A stretch of 64,000 bases of DNA from an uncultured Bdellovibrionales bacterium (GTDB lineage: Bacteria > Pseudomonadota > Alphaproteobacteria > Micavibrionales > GCA-2720935). The stretch is taken from NCBI GenBank assembly GCA_964351525.1, contig CAYGOD010000003.1:136121-200120 (forward strand). The letters run 5' to 3'. Shown piece by piece: positions 20,261 through 31,314 of the stretch (its first letter is position 1; every line of letters starts with the position of its first letter). The position numbers were made by a program, and so were the translations under genes. The notes under the pieces are model-generated. The model searched no databases, had not been told where the DNA came from, and saw nothing but the letters and a program-made list of their open reading frames with translations.

Positions 20261-20389
20261 TGAATTATTCGCCTCCTGCTTTAAATTGTGCTTTAAAGCT
20301 TTTTTTATTTATTGTTTTTAGAACACTGCTGTGCCTAACGTTTTGAAAAATTGAACATTCAATCAAAAAACATACTAATGGCGCAATAT

Positions 20390-20412
20390 TGTGCTAATAA
20401 GTAATTAGCACA
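20390..20412. promoter_or_regulatory. Perfect 9-bp inverted repeat, putative operator between divergent genes
   Basis: TGTGCTAAT-AAGTA-ATTAGCACA. Confidence 0.45.
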
Positions 20413-20477
20413 TAGAATGAATAACCATTCAAGTAAAAAATAGCAATAATGACAATTATTACGAAAATAGAGCCCTC

Positions 20478-21335
20478 ATGCCCGAATTACCCGAAGTAGA
20501 AACCGTAAAACGAGGATTAGACGCACAAGTTTTATCCCTCACCGTTCAGACAATAGATCTTTATCGCACAAAGATTCGTTTTGATATCCCTGATCTTTTA
20601 AAACAAGATCTAGCCGACCGCACACTGACCAACATTAGACGACGTAGTAAATATCTCCTGCTTGATTTCATTGATCGGAAAACAAAACGTGATGATGCGG
20701 TAATGCTTATCCATCTGGGGATGTCGGGACAAATATTAACGAACACCGATAAGTCCGCCCCGGCAAAACATGACCATATGGTGATTGGTTTTAATAATGG
20801 CATGCGCCTAAGCTATCGTGACCCAAGGCGTTTTGGTGTTATTGATTATTTTTATAAAACTAATGAAGAAAATCATAAGTTATTAAAAGACATCGGCCCC
20901 GAACCTCTTTCAAATCATTTTAATTTAGAAGAGTTTTCACAAAAAGTTTTAAAACGTCACGCCCCCATCAAATCAATTCTACTCGATCAAAAAACTGTTG
21001 CGGGATTGGGGAATATTTATGTTTTAGAAGCCCTTTATCAAGCCTCCATATCCCCCTTGCGCAAAGGTAGTTCACTCACGAAGAAAGAGCTACCCTTATT
21101 ATACATCGCTATAAAAGAAACATTAGAACGCGCGATCAAGGCAGGTGGCAGTAGCCTGAAAGACTATGTCCACACCGATGGCAGTCTTGGTTATTTCCAA
21201 CATAACTTTAAGGTCTACGGCAAAGAAGGCGATCCATGCCCCGATTGCGACTGTACCATCAGTAAAACAGGTGGCATTCAAAGAATCGTGCAATCTGGCC
21301 GCTCTAGTTTTTATTGCAAGAGAAAGCAGAAGTAA
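20478..21335 (+). CDS. mutM: Formamidopyrimidine-DNA glycosylase
   Basis: MPELPEVETV, HLGMSG, DPRRFG, AGLGNIY, zinc finger CPDC..C. Confidence 0.97.
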   Translation: MPELPEVETVKRGLDAQVLSLTVQTIDLYRTKIRFDIPDLLKQDLADRTLTNIRRRSKYLLLDFIDRKTKRDDAVMLIHLGMSGQILTNTDKSAPAKHDHMVIGFNNGMRLSYRDPRRFGVIDYFYKTNEENHKLLKDIGPEPLSNHFNLEEFSQKVLKRHAPIKSILLDQKTVAGLGNIYVLEALYQASISPLRKGSSLTKKELPLLYIAIKETLERAIKAGGSSLKDYVHTDGSLGYFQHNFKVYGKEGDPCPDCDCTISKTGGIQRIVQSGRSSFYCKRKQK

Positions 21336-21340
21336 AAAAT

Positions 21341-21928
21341 ATGCATCAAGAACTGTCGCCTCTTTACTTTGAAACGAAAGATCTTTATACGCGTGCCTTT
21401 CGGCCAAGCGACGTGAATGAATTGGAAAATATTATTAACAATCCCAATTTTCACTACAGCTATTTTCATGAAGGCGGTACGGTAAAAGACTTTATCACAA
21501 ATGCCTTCATTGGCGCGCAATCAGAAGAATTAGCAAACGATGTATACCGCGTTGCAATCTGCCACAAAGAGACAAGTAAACTCATAGGCAGTTACGCCCT
21601 TCTTCATGCGCGAAAAAATTATATCAGCATCATCAATGAACATGTTTATGAAATGGGTCTTTTCTTAGATTACGATCACTGGCGTCAGGGTTATGGAAGG
21701 CAAATAACACCGTTTCGTATTCAAGCTGGCTTTAAGGTGTTTAAATGTGATGCCCTTCATATAACGATTCATCCAGATAACAATGCATCACGCGCCATTC
21801 AAGAAAAAATGGGTTTTAAAAAAATTGCTGCGGGTAATTTGTTTCCAAAGACAAACCACCCAATAAATGATAGATTAGTGTTTAAATTATGTTACCAAGA
21901 TTGGTGTCTTAATAAGAAAGTGACCTAA
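21341..21928 (+). CDS. RimJ/RimL-type GNAT acetyltransferase
   Basis: EMGLFLDYDHWRQGYG, HPDNNASRAIQEKMGF. Confidence 0.8.
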   Translation: MHQELSPLYFETKDLYTRAFRPSDVNELENIINNPNFHYSYFHEGGTVKDFITNAFIGAQSEELANDVYRVAICHKETSKLIGSYALLHARKNYISIINEHVYEMGLFLDYDHWRQGYGRQITPFRIQAGFKVFKCDALHITIHPDNNASRAIQEKMGFKKIAAGNLFPKTNHPINDRLVFKLCYQDWCLNKKVT

Positions 21929-21934
21929 AAAATA

Positions 21935-22354
21935 ATGAATGCTATATTACACATTATCGCTCTTATATTAACGCTCGGCTTTATCAGTCCGACAAATGCC
22001 ATCGCGGATATAAATGCCGTTACGGATATAAACGTTACACAGAACCAAACGCAAACAGCAATGTCTTTTATTGAAGACATGTCTGACGCCCCCCTTATGA
22101 CTGGTATGACGCTGATTGATGGGGCTGGCTTTGTGTTTGAACAACAAAATGGGCGTATCGTTGAGAAAATTGCCGCAACAGACCAACAAGTCCAAGATAT
22201 CTTGAACTATTATGGCTTGGTTATGCCCCAACTGGGCTGGACAAAAACAGCCGATAAAGTCGGAAGGTTCTCACGCGATAAGGAATTATTCACCATCATT
22301 ATAAAGACAGTTAATAACGTACAACTCGTTACGTTCCGCCTTCAGCCCTTATAA
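21935..22354 (+). CDS. Exported conserved hypothetical protein
   Basis: Signal peptide; FIEDMSDAPLMTG..GRIVE..YYGLVMPQLGW. Confidence 0.7.
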   Translation: MNAILHIIALILTLGFISPTNAIADINAVTDINVTQNQTQTAMSFIEDMSDAPLMTGMTLIDGAGFVFEQQNGRIVEKIAATDQQVQDILNYYGLVMPQLGWTKTADKVGRFSRDKELFTIIIKTVNNVQLVTFRLQPL

Positions 22355-22381
22355 AAAAATCTATAAACAGGAGAGACAATC

Positions 22382-23158
22382 ATGACCTATACAATGATCA
22401 CAACGGATATAAAAGATAATGTCGGTATCATTACCTTAAATCGTCCAGAGGCCTTAAATGCATTATGCGACACGCTTGTAACCGAAATGGGATCTGCTTT
22501 ACACGGCTTTGAAGCAGATGATAATATCCACGTCATTATGATTACAGGCAGTGAAAAGTCATTTGCCGCGGGTGCGGATATCAAGGAAATGATCGATAAA
22601 ACCGTCAGTGATGTTTACCGCGAAGATTTTATTACCTCTAAATGGGAAGAGGTCATGAAATGCCGCAAAGTTACAATCGCTGCCGTTTCTGGTTATGCGC
22701 TGGGTGGCGGGTGTGAACTGGCAATGATGTGTGACATGATTATCGCCAGTGATACCGCCAAGTTTGGACAACCCGAAATCACCATTGGTACCCTTCCTGG
22801 TGCCGGTGGAACACAACGCCTCATTCGTGCCATTGGTAAATCAAAAGCCATGTATATGTGTCTCACGGGTGATATGATGTCCGCACAAGACATGGAAAAA
22901 GCAGGCCTTGTTGCTAAAATAGTGCCCGCCAGTGATTTAATTGAAGAGACCTTAAAAACAGCACAAAAAATCGCCTCTTTTTCAACGCCCGTATCAATGA
23001 TGGTCAAAGAAGCCGTAAACAAAGCAGAAGAAATGAGTCTTAAAGATGGGCTTTCATTTGAGCGTCGTTTATTCCATGCAAGCTTTGGGCTTGAGGATCG
23101 CCGTGAAGGCATGCAGGCCTTTATTGACAAGAGAAAAGCCGATTTTAAAAATAAATAG
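22382..23158 (+). CDS. Enoyl-CoA hydratase
   Basis: LNRPEALNAL, FAAGADIKEM, GGGCELAMMCD, FGQPE, PGAGGTQRL. Confidence 0.95.
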   Translation: MTYTMITTDIKDNVGIITLNRPEALNALCDTLVTEMGSALHGFEADDNIHVIMITGSEKSFAAGADIKEMIDKTVSDVYREDFITSKWEEVMKCRKVTIAAVSGYALGGGCELAMMCDMIIASDTAKFGQPEITIGTLPGAGGTQRLIRAIGKSKAMYMCLTGDMMSAQDMEKAGLVAKIVPASDLIEETLKTAQKIASFSTPVSMMVKEAVNKAEEMSLKDGLSFERRLFHASFGLEDRREGMQAFIDKRKADFKNK

Positions 23159-23188
23159 TAAAAAAATGCATTTTTGGCACGATTTTGT

Positions 23189-23217
23189 TTGCTTTTTGAG
23201 AGTAGCTTTTGTATAAA
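23189..23217 (+). promoter_or_regulatory. Putative sigma70 promoter of rpsT
   Basis: TTGCTT-17 bp-TATAAA. Confidence 0.5.
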
Positions 23218-23325
23218 CCAACAGAATTCAGGAAAAAACTATCTTCTAACGCATCGCTTTGATGACTGAAGATTAAAAACTTCTCTGATATAAAGAATTT
23301 TAAAGTAATAAAAGGATCCACAAGA

Positions 23326-23598
23326 ATGGCTAATACAATTTCTGCAAAAAGACGCGTACGTCGTAATGACGCCAAACATGTCGTTAACCGTAACCGCATG
23401 AGCCGTATCCGTACGTTCGTTAAAAATGTAGAACTTGCTATTCTTTCTGGTGACAAAAAAGCCGCTGAGACAGCCCTTCAAACAGCACAGCCTGAAATTC
23501 AGCGCGGTGTCTCAAAGGGTATCATTCACAAGAACACTGCAGCCCGTAAGATTTCTCGTATTTCTGCGCGCATCAAAGCTCTTGCTTCTAAAAAATAA
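23326..23598 (+). CDS. rpsT: 30S ribosomal protein S20
   Basis: [35 protein letters not shown]. Confidence 0.97.
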   Translation: MANTISAKRRVRRNDAKHVVNRNRMSRIRTFVKNVELAILSGDKKAAETALQTAQPEIQRGVSKGIIHKNTAARKISRISARIKALASKK

Positions 23599-24406
23599 GA
23601 CGACGTTTTAAGTCGCTAATTTTACCATAGTCATAAATTTTTCCTTCTTCGTTTTTAATGAAGAAGATTTTACCCGTGGATTCTGACTTTTTTTGTAAGT
23701 ATATTTCTTTTTACATGATTCATGTTTTGTTCTCAAAAAATCCATTTGAATACACAAAAAAAATTCTTTAAGTTCAACTTATCAACACAGCAATTAACAA
23801 CACTCCTCTCAACGAGAAAAAGAGACAACTGCTGTATTGATGAATAGGAAGGCTTTTAGACACGCTTTACACGCGAAATATTACAGAAATTAATTGCACC
23901 CAGAACACGGTTCTAATTTTTGTAGAATAATAAATAAAGACCCAAGAATGGATCTAACAAAAGTGTAAAGATTAGCGGATAGAAGATAAGCTGACGCACC
24001 TTAACGTTAGACGTCCCTTATTTTTTAAACGACAATCACGTGACATAGTCCTGGCTGTGAAATGAATGATATGGTTCTTTTATCACTTATTTGCAGCCTT
24101 AAATTAAAGTCAGCTTTTTAAAGACCACGTGCTGTTATTAACGGTTTGAGGTTTTGTCAAAAGAGTATGGTAATGATGAATTGAAGATAAAAGAGAATTG
24201 GCTCATTCATTATTATTTCTTGCTCTGGTAAAAAGAAGGCTTGGTTTTTGAAAGAAACGACATGCGCTATTAAATGCGCCCAAAACAACAAAACACATTG
24301 TTTTGATGCGGGCTCTTTAGTGACTAAATTTTTATATGTCGAACAATCATTAACCTATGATTAAAACACGATTATTTTGTTTATTTTTATAAGAAGAGAG
24401 AAAAAT

Positions 24407-25927
24407 ATGTCTTACGTTGATGAAAACACACCAAACGACAATACATCAAAGAACAATACGTCATCAACAGACTCTCTTAATCCAAATTGGAACGCCGAGT
24501 GGGAGCGCATCAAACAAGCCTTTAAAGTAGAAATCGGTGAAACCGCTTTCCGCAGTTGGATTCGCCCCCTTTCTTTGAAAAACATTGATGGTTCTACGCT
24601 TCAATTAACGACGCCTACACGCTTTATGCGCGACTGGGTTCAAACACATTACAGCGACACGATCATGTCTTTATGGTCACAAGATGTCGCCAAAGTGATG
24701 AGTTTAGAAATCTTGATCGAGAGCAGTGCAAACACACCTGCGCCACAACGCTCTAGCATCCCCCACCGTAGTGGTTCATTGGTTGCAAATCAGTTAGCCG
24801 AAAACAAACAAGCGGGCAAAACATCAAACACATACCAACAAACAGGCTATACACAACCCGCCGCTGATTTATCACAAGAAGCCTTGGATTCATTATGTTC
24901 ACCGCTTGACCCACGCTTTACCTTTGATAAATTCGTCATTGGGAAATCAAACGAATTAGCACACGCTGCCGCACGCCGTGTAACAGAAACAAATACCGTT
25001 TCTTTTAATCCCCTTTATATTTATGGCGGTGTTGGTCTTGGTAAAACACACCTTATGCATGCCATTGCTTGGCGCATCCGTGAGACACAGCCAACACGCA
25101 AAGTCTTATACATGTCTGCTGAAAAATTCATGTATCAATTTATTCGTGCGTTGCGTTTTCGTGATTCCGTGACGTTCAAAGAACAATTCCGTTCAGTTGA
25201 TATCTTGATGATTGATGACATCCAATTCATTAGCGGTAAAGAATCAACACAAGAAGAATTTTTTCACACATTTAATGCCTTGATCGATCAGAACAAACAA
25301 ATCATCATCAGCTCAGACCGCAGTCCAAATGAATTAGAAGGCATTCAAGATCGCCTTAAGTCACGCCTTGGTTGGGGGCTAGTCGCCGATATTCATCCAT
25401 CAAATTATGATTTGCGCCTCAATATCTTAAAAGCAAAGTCCGCACAAATCGGCGCGAACGTACCACAAAAAGTACTTGAGTTTTTAGCACAGAAAATTTC
25501 ATCCAATATCCGTGAACTTGAAGGTGCGCTTAATCGTATTGTCGCCCACGCAGAATTGGTTGGACGCCCGATCACAATCGATTACACACAAGAAGTTTTA
25601 CAAGATCTATTGCGCGCTAATAACCGCCGTATAAGCATTGATGAAATTCAACGCAAAGTGTGTGAGCATTATAATCTACGCATGCCCGACATGCAGTCTG
25701 CTAGGCGTTCTCGTAACATTGCGCGCCCACGCCAAGTGGCTATGTATATGGCCAAACAACTAACGTCACGTTCACTGCCTGAAATTGGCCGTAAATTTGG
25801 CGGCCGTGACCATACAACAGTTATGCATGCCATTCGCAAGATCGAACAGCTTTCTAATGATGATCCGTCTTTTGGTGATGAAGTTGCTTTGGTACGTCGC
25901 TCTATCATGGATGCAGGTCGTCAATAG
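24407..25927 (+). CDS. dnaA: Chromosomal replication initiator DnaA
   Basis: NPLYIYGGVGLGKTHL, DDIQF, RELEGAL, RPRQVAMY, GGRDHTTVMHA; ATG 24407 preferred over 24377 (AGAAGAG upstream). Confidence 0.98.
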   Translation: MSYVDENTPNDNTSKNNTSSTDSLNPNWNAEWERIKQAFKVEIGETAFRSWIRPLSLKNIDGSTLQLTTPTRFMRDWVQTHYSDTIMSLWSQDVAKVMSLEILIESSANTPAPQRSSIPHRSGSLVANQLAENKQAGKTSNTYQQTGYTQPAADLSQEALDSLCSPLDPRFTFDKFVIGKSNELAHAAARRVTETNTVSFNPLYIYGGVGLGKTHLMHAIAWRIRETQPTRKVLYMSAEKFMYQFIRALRFRDSVTFKEQFRSVDILMIDDIQFISGKESTQEEFFHTFNALIDQNKQIIISSDRSPNELEGIQDRLKSRLGWGLVADIHPSNYDLRLNILKAKSAQIGANVPQKVLEFLAQKISSNIRELEGALNRIVAHAELVGRPITIDYTQEVLQDLLRANNRRISIDEIQRKVCEHYNLRMPDMQSARRSRNIARPRQVAMYMAKQLTSRSLPEIGRKFGGRDHTTVMHAIRKIEQLSNDDPSFGDEVALVRRSIMDAGRQ

Positions 25928-26230
25928 CCAAAACGAATCGGGTTCTCATTGCGTTGCGTATAGCCACCTGAACATAGGTTTCAGTACGCTTAATAAGCCG
26001 TTACGTTAAATACTTATCGTTATTTAGGGGATAAACACCCGAAAAGCAGCCCTAAGGGCACTAATCGCTATTTTCTTCTTTTTTTGAAGAGGATATATGC
26101 TAAATTTTTACAATAATAAAAATAACATTATTTTATACATCAACAGTCACGGCGATGCGCCACGGCTTTTATGTTTTAAGATTTTAGAACAGTGCCAAAA
26201 GCGCTTTTAATTAAAAAGGATTAAGCCCTC

Positions 26231-27352
26231 ATGAAATTTTCAATTGATCGTTCTGCCCTTCTTCGTTCCCTAGCCCACGTACAAAGTGCTGTTGAACGCC
26301 GTAACACTATTCCTATTCTTGCCAATGTCCTTCTTAAAGCCGATGGCAATAGCCTATCGTTAAGCACAACAGACATGGATCTTGAGATCAATGAAACGGT
26401 TGCTGCAAATGTAAGCGAAGGCGGTATCACAACCGCACCTGCTGGAACACTTTATGACATCGTGCGTAAATTGCCCGATGAAACATCAATTGATATCGAA
26501 ACATCGGCTGGCGATGCACTTATGACGGTCAAGGCCGGACGCTCTGAGTTTAAACTTGGTTGCTTACCTGCCGCAGACTTCCCACAATTATCGGCTGATG
26601 ATATGGGTATTCAATTCCAACTGCCTGCGGATGAGTTACGCAATTTGATTGATAAAACACGCTTTGCTATCTCTACAGAAGAAACACGCTATTACCTAAA
26701 CGGTATTTATATCCACGCTATTCAAATTGAAGATAAGTGGTTGTTACGCTGTGTTGCGACAGACGGTCACCGTTTGGCACGTTTTGAAACAGCACTACCA
26801 GAAGGCGCACAACAAATGCCTGGCGTAATTATCCCCCGTAAAACAGTTCTTGAACTGCGCAAATTGGTTGATGAAGCCGCTGATAAAATTACGATCCATT
26901 TATCAGAGACAAAGATTCGTTTTCAATTCGATCACATCATTTTAACATCAAAATTAATCGATGGTACCTTCCCTGATTACGAACGCGTTATCCCTGCGAA
27001 CAACGATAAGATCGTTGAGATTAATCCAAAGTCTTTGGCCTCAGCAGTTGATCGTGTATCAACAATTTCAACAGAGAAGACACGGGCGGTTAAGTTAAAT
27101 ATTAACGGTAAGAGCCTAACGCTGTCTGCCAATTCCCCAGACAGTGGCAGCGCGGTCGAAGAGTTAGAAATTAAAAATGACAATGAATATGGCATTGATA
27201 TTGGTTTCAATTCTCGCTACTTGCTTGATATTGCACAACAACTGCAAGGCGATAACATCCGCCTTAGCATGAATGATGGTTCTACAGCGACAATTATCCA
27301 AGACCTAGAAGACGAATCATCACTTTATGTCTTGATGCCAATGCGTGTTTGA
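26231..27352 (+). CDS. dnaN: DNA polymerase III beta clamp
   Basis: VERRNTIPILANV, ETRYYLNG, ATDGHRLA, GTFPDY, YVLMPMRV. Confidence 0.98.
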   Translation: MKFSIDRSALLRSLAHVQSAVERRNTIPILANVLLKADGNSLSLSTTDMDLEINETVAANVSEGGITTAPAGTLYDIVRKLPDETSIDIETSAGDALMTVKAGRSEFKLGCLPAADFPQLSADDMGIQFQLPADELRNLIDKTRFAISTEETRYYLNGIYIHAIQIEDKWLLRCVATDGHRLARFETALPEGAQQMPGVIIPRKTVLELRKLVDEAADKITIHLSETKIRFQFDHIILTSKLIDGTFPDYERVIPANNDKIVEINPKSLASAVDRVSTISTEKTRAVKLNINGKSLTLSANSPDSGSAVEELEIKNDNEYGIDIGFNSRYLLDIAQQLQGDNIRLSMNDGSTATIIQDLEDESSLYVLMPMRV

Positions 27353-27367
27353 TAAATAATCAAACAT

Positions 27368-28573
27368 ATGACGAATCACATTGATTATAAAATTGATACA
27401 AACAGACAGGCCGATCTTTCATTAAAAAAGATCAGCCTGTCTTTTTTTCGTTCTTACCAAACATTACGCCTTGAAAACCCCGCACAATTCACCGTTTTTG
27501 TTGGTGAAAATGGCGCGGGAAAAACAAATATTCTTGAGGCCATTAGCCTCCTAAGTCCTGGGCGTGGATTACGCGGTGCCAAATTAACCGACATACAAAA
27601 TATTCATCATCCCGCACCCTTATGGGCTGCATCATTTGAATTACAAACAGATAGTGGGCTTTGTCGGATTGGCACGTCATTTACCCGTGCGCCAAAAGAT
27701 AATGGCGATCTGTTAGAAAAACGTATTGTCAAAATTGATGGCACCATCACACCGCAAAATCGCCTAAGTGATTACCTATCCGTGATATGGTTAACCCCGC
27801 AAATGGATGGCTTGTTTTTAGATAGTAAATCAGCACGTCGTCGCTTCTTTGATCGCTTTGTACAAAATCTAAATTCTAATCATGCACAACTGCTCACTAG
27901 CTATGAAAACAGCCTGCGCCAACGCTCTCGTATTTTAAAGGACAGCCTAAAAAGCGGGAAGATTGATAATACATGGCTCAGCGCCTTAGAAAAAAACATG
28001 GCGGAAACCGCCGTGGCAATCGCCGCCAATCGTTTGAACCACCAAGATAAGTTGAATGAAGCCTTAAAGCGCCTTGAGCCTGTACGTCAATGTTTCCCGC
28101 TCTTAGAGATCGCCATCACAGGTGACACAGAACATCACCTATCCAACACCAGTGCTATTGAAACTGAAGATTACCTGAGAGATAGCCTATCAAATAGCCG
28201 TGCTATTGATGCCATCACAGGCGGTGCGGCGTGCGGTGCCCATAAGAGTGATCTTGATATTATTCATCTTGATAAATCGATGCCTGCTAATCAATGTTCA
28301 ACCGGTGAACAAAAGGCTATGCTCGTTTCTTTGGTTTTAGGACAAGCGACACTTATTCATGCAGAAAAAAACGTTCCGCCTCTTATTTTGCTGGACGATA
28401 TTGCATCTCACTTTGATTATAAACGTCAGCAAGATTTATTCTCATATCTTAAGTTCATCAACGCACCTTGTTTTATGACGGGCGTACAAAAATCAGCCTT
28501 TAAATCTTTGTATAATGACGCTGATTTTTATCATGTATCACAAGCACAAATTAAGAAAATTGATACGCTCTAA
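27368..28573 (+). CDS. recF: DNA replication/repair protein RecF
   Basis: FRSY, GENGAGKTN, RRRFFDR, STGEQK, LLDDI. Confidence 0.93.
   Translation: MTNHIDYKIDTNRQADLSLKKISLSFFRSYQTLRLENPAQFTVFVGENGAGKTNILEAISLLSPGRGLRGAKLTDIQNIHHPAPLWAASFELQTDSGLCRIGTSFTRAPKDNGDLLEKRIVKIDGTITPQNRLSDYLSVIWLTPQMDGLFLDSKSARRRFFDRFVQNLNSNHAQLLTSYENSLRQRSRILKDSLKSGKIDNTWLSALEKNMAETAVAIAANRLNHQDKLNEALKRLEPVRQCFPLLEIAITGDTEHHLSNTSAIETEDYLRDSLSNSRAIDAITGGAACGAHKSDLDIIHLDKSMPANQCSTGEQKAMLVSLVLGQATLIHAEKNVPPLILLDDIASHFDYKRQQDLFSYLKFINAPCFMTGVQKSAFKSLYNDADFYHVSQAQIKKIDTL
27404..27448 (+). terminator. Terminator-like hairpin inside the 5' end of recF
   Basis: AGACAGGC-C-GATCTTT / AAAGATC-A-GCCTGTCT followed by a T run. 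Confidence 0.55.
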
Positions 28574-28684
28574 ACGTCTTCTTAAAAATCCTTATAAATT
28601 ATTGTAATTAAAGCTTTTTCATTTGGTAAATAATCCTATTTTTATGGGGTTTTCCTTTGGTTTTCAGAGGGGAATTTGTTATAG

Positions 28685-31219
<2,535 letters not shown>

Positions 31220-31235
31220 AATACAACATTTTAAC

Positions 31236-31267
31236 AAAGCCCCTATAGAAATATAGGGGCTTTTTTT
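31236..31267. terminator. Bidirectional intrinsic terminator between gyrB and dotL
   Basis: AAAGCCCCTATA-GAAA-TATAGGGGCTTT then T run. Confidence 0.85.
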
Positions 31268-31314
31268 ATAGCTAAAAATACTGATTTGAATAGTAACTAA
31301 GTAAAAATCTCTAA

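Noticed and set aside
20390-20412. CIRCE (HrcA) element
   Set aside because: Half-sites are in inverted order with a 5-bp rather than 9-bp spacer, and no chaperone gene is downstream; kept only as an unknown palindrome.
23599-26230. oriC next to dnaA
   Set aside because: Only one or two imperfect DnaA boxes and no cluster. By eye, third-position bias (C/A-rich plus-strand genes, G/T-rich minus-strand genes) looks the same on both sides of dnaA. Alphaproteobacterial origins are often unlinked to dnaA. A cumulative GC-skew plot would decide.
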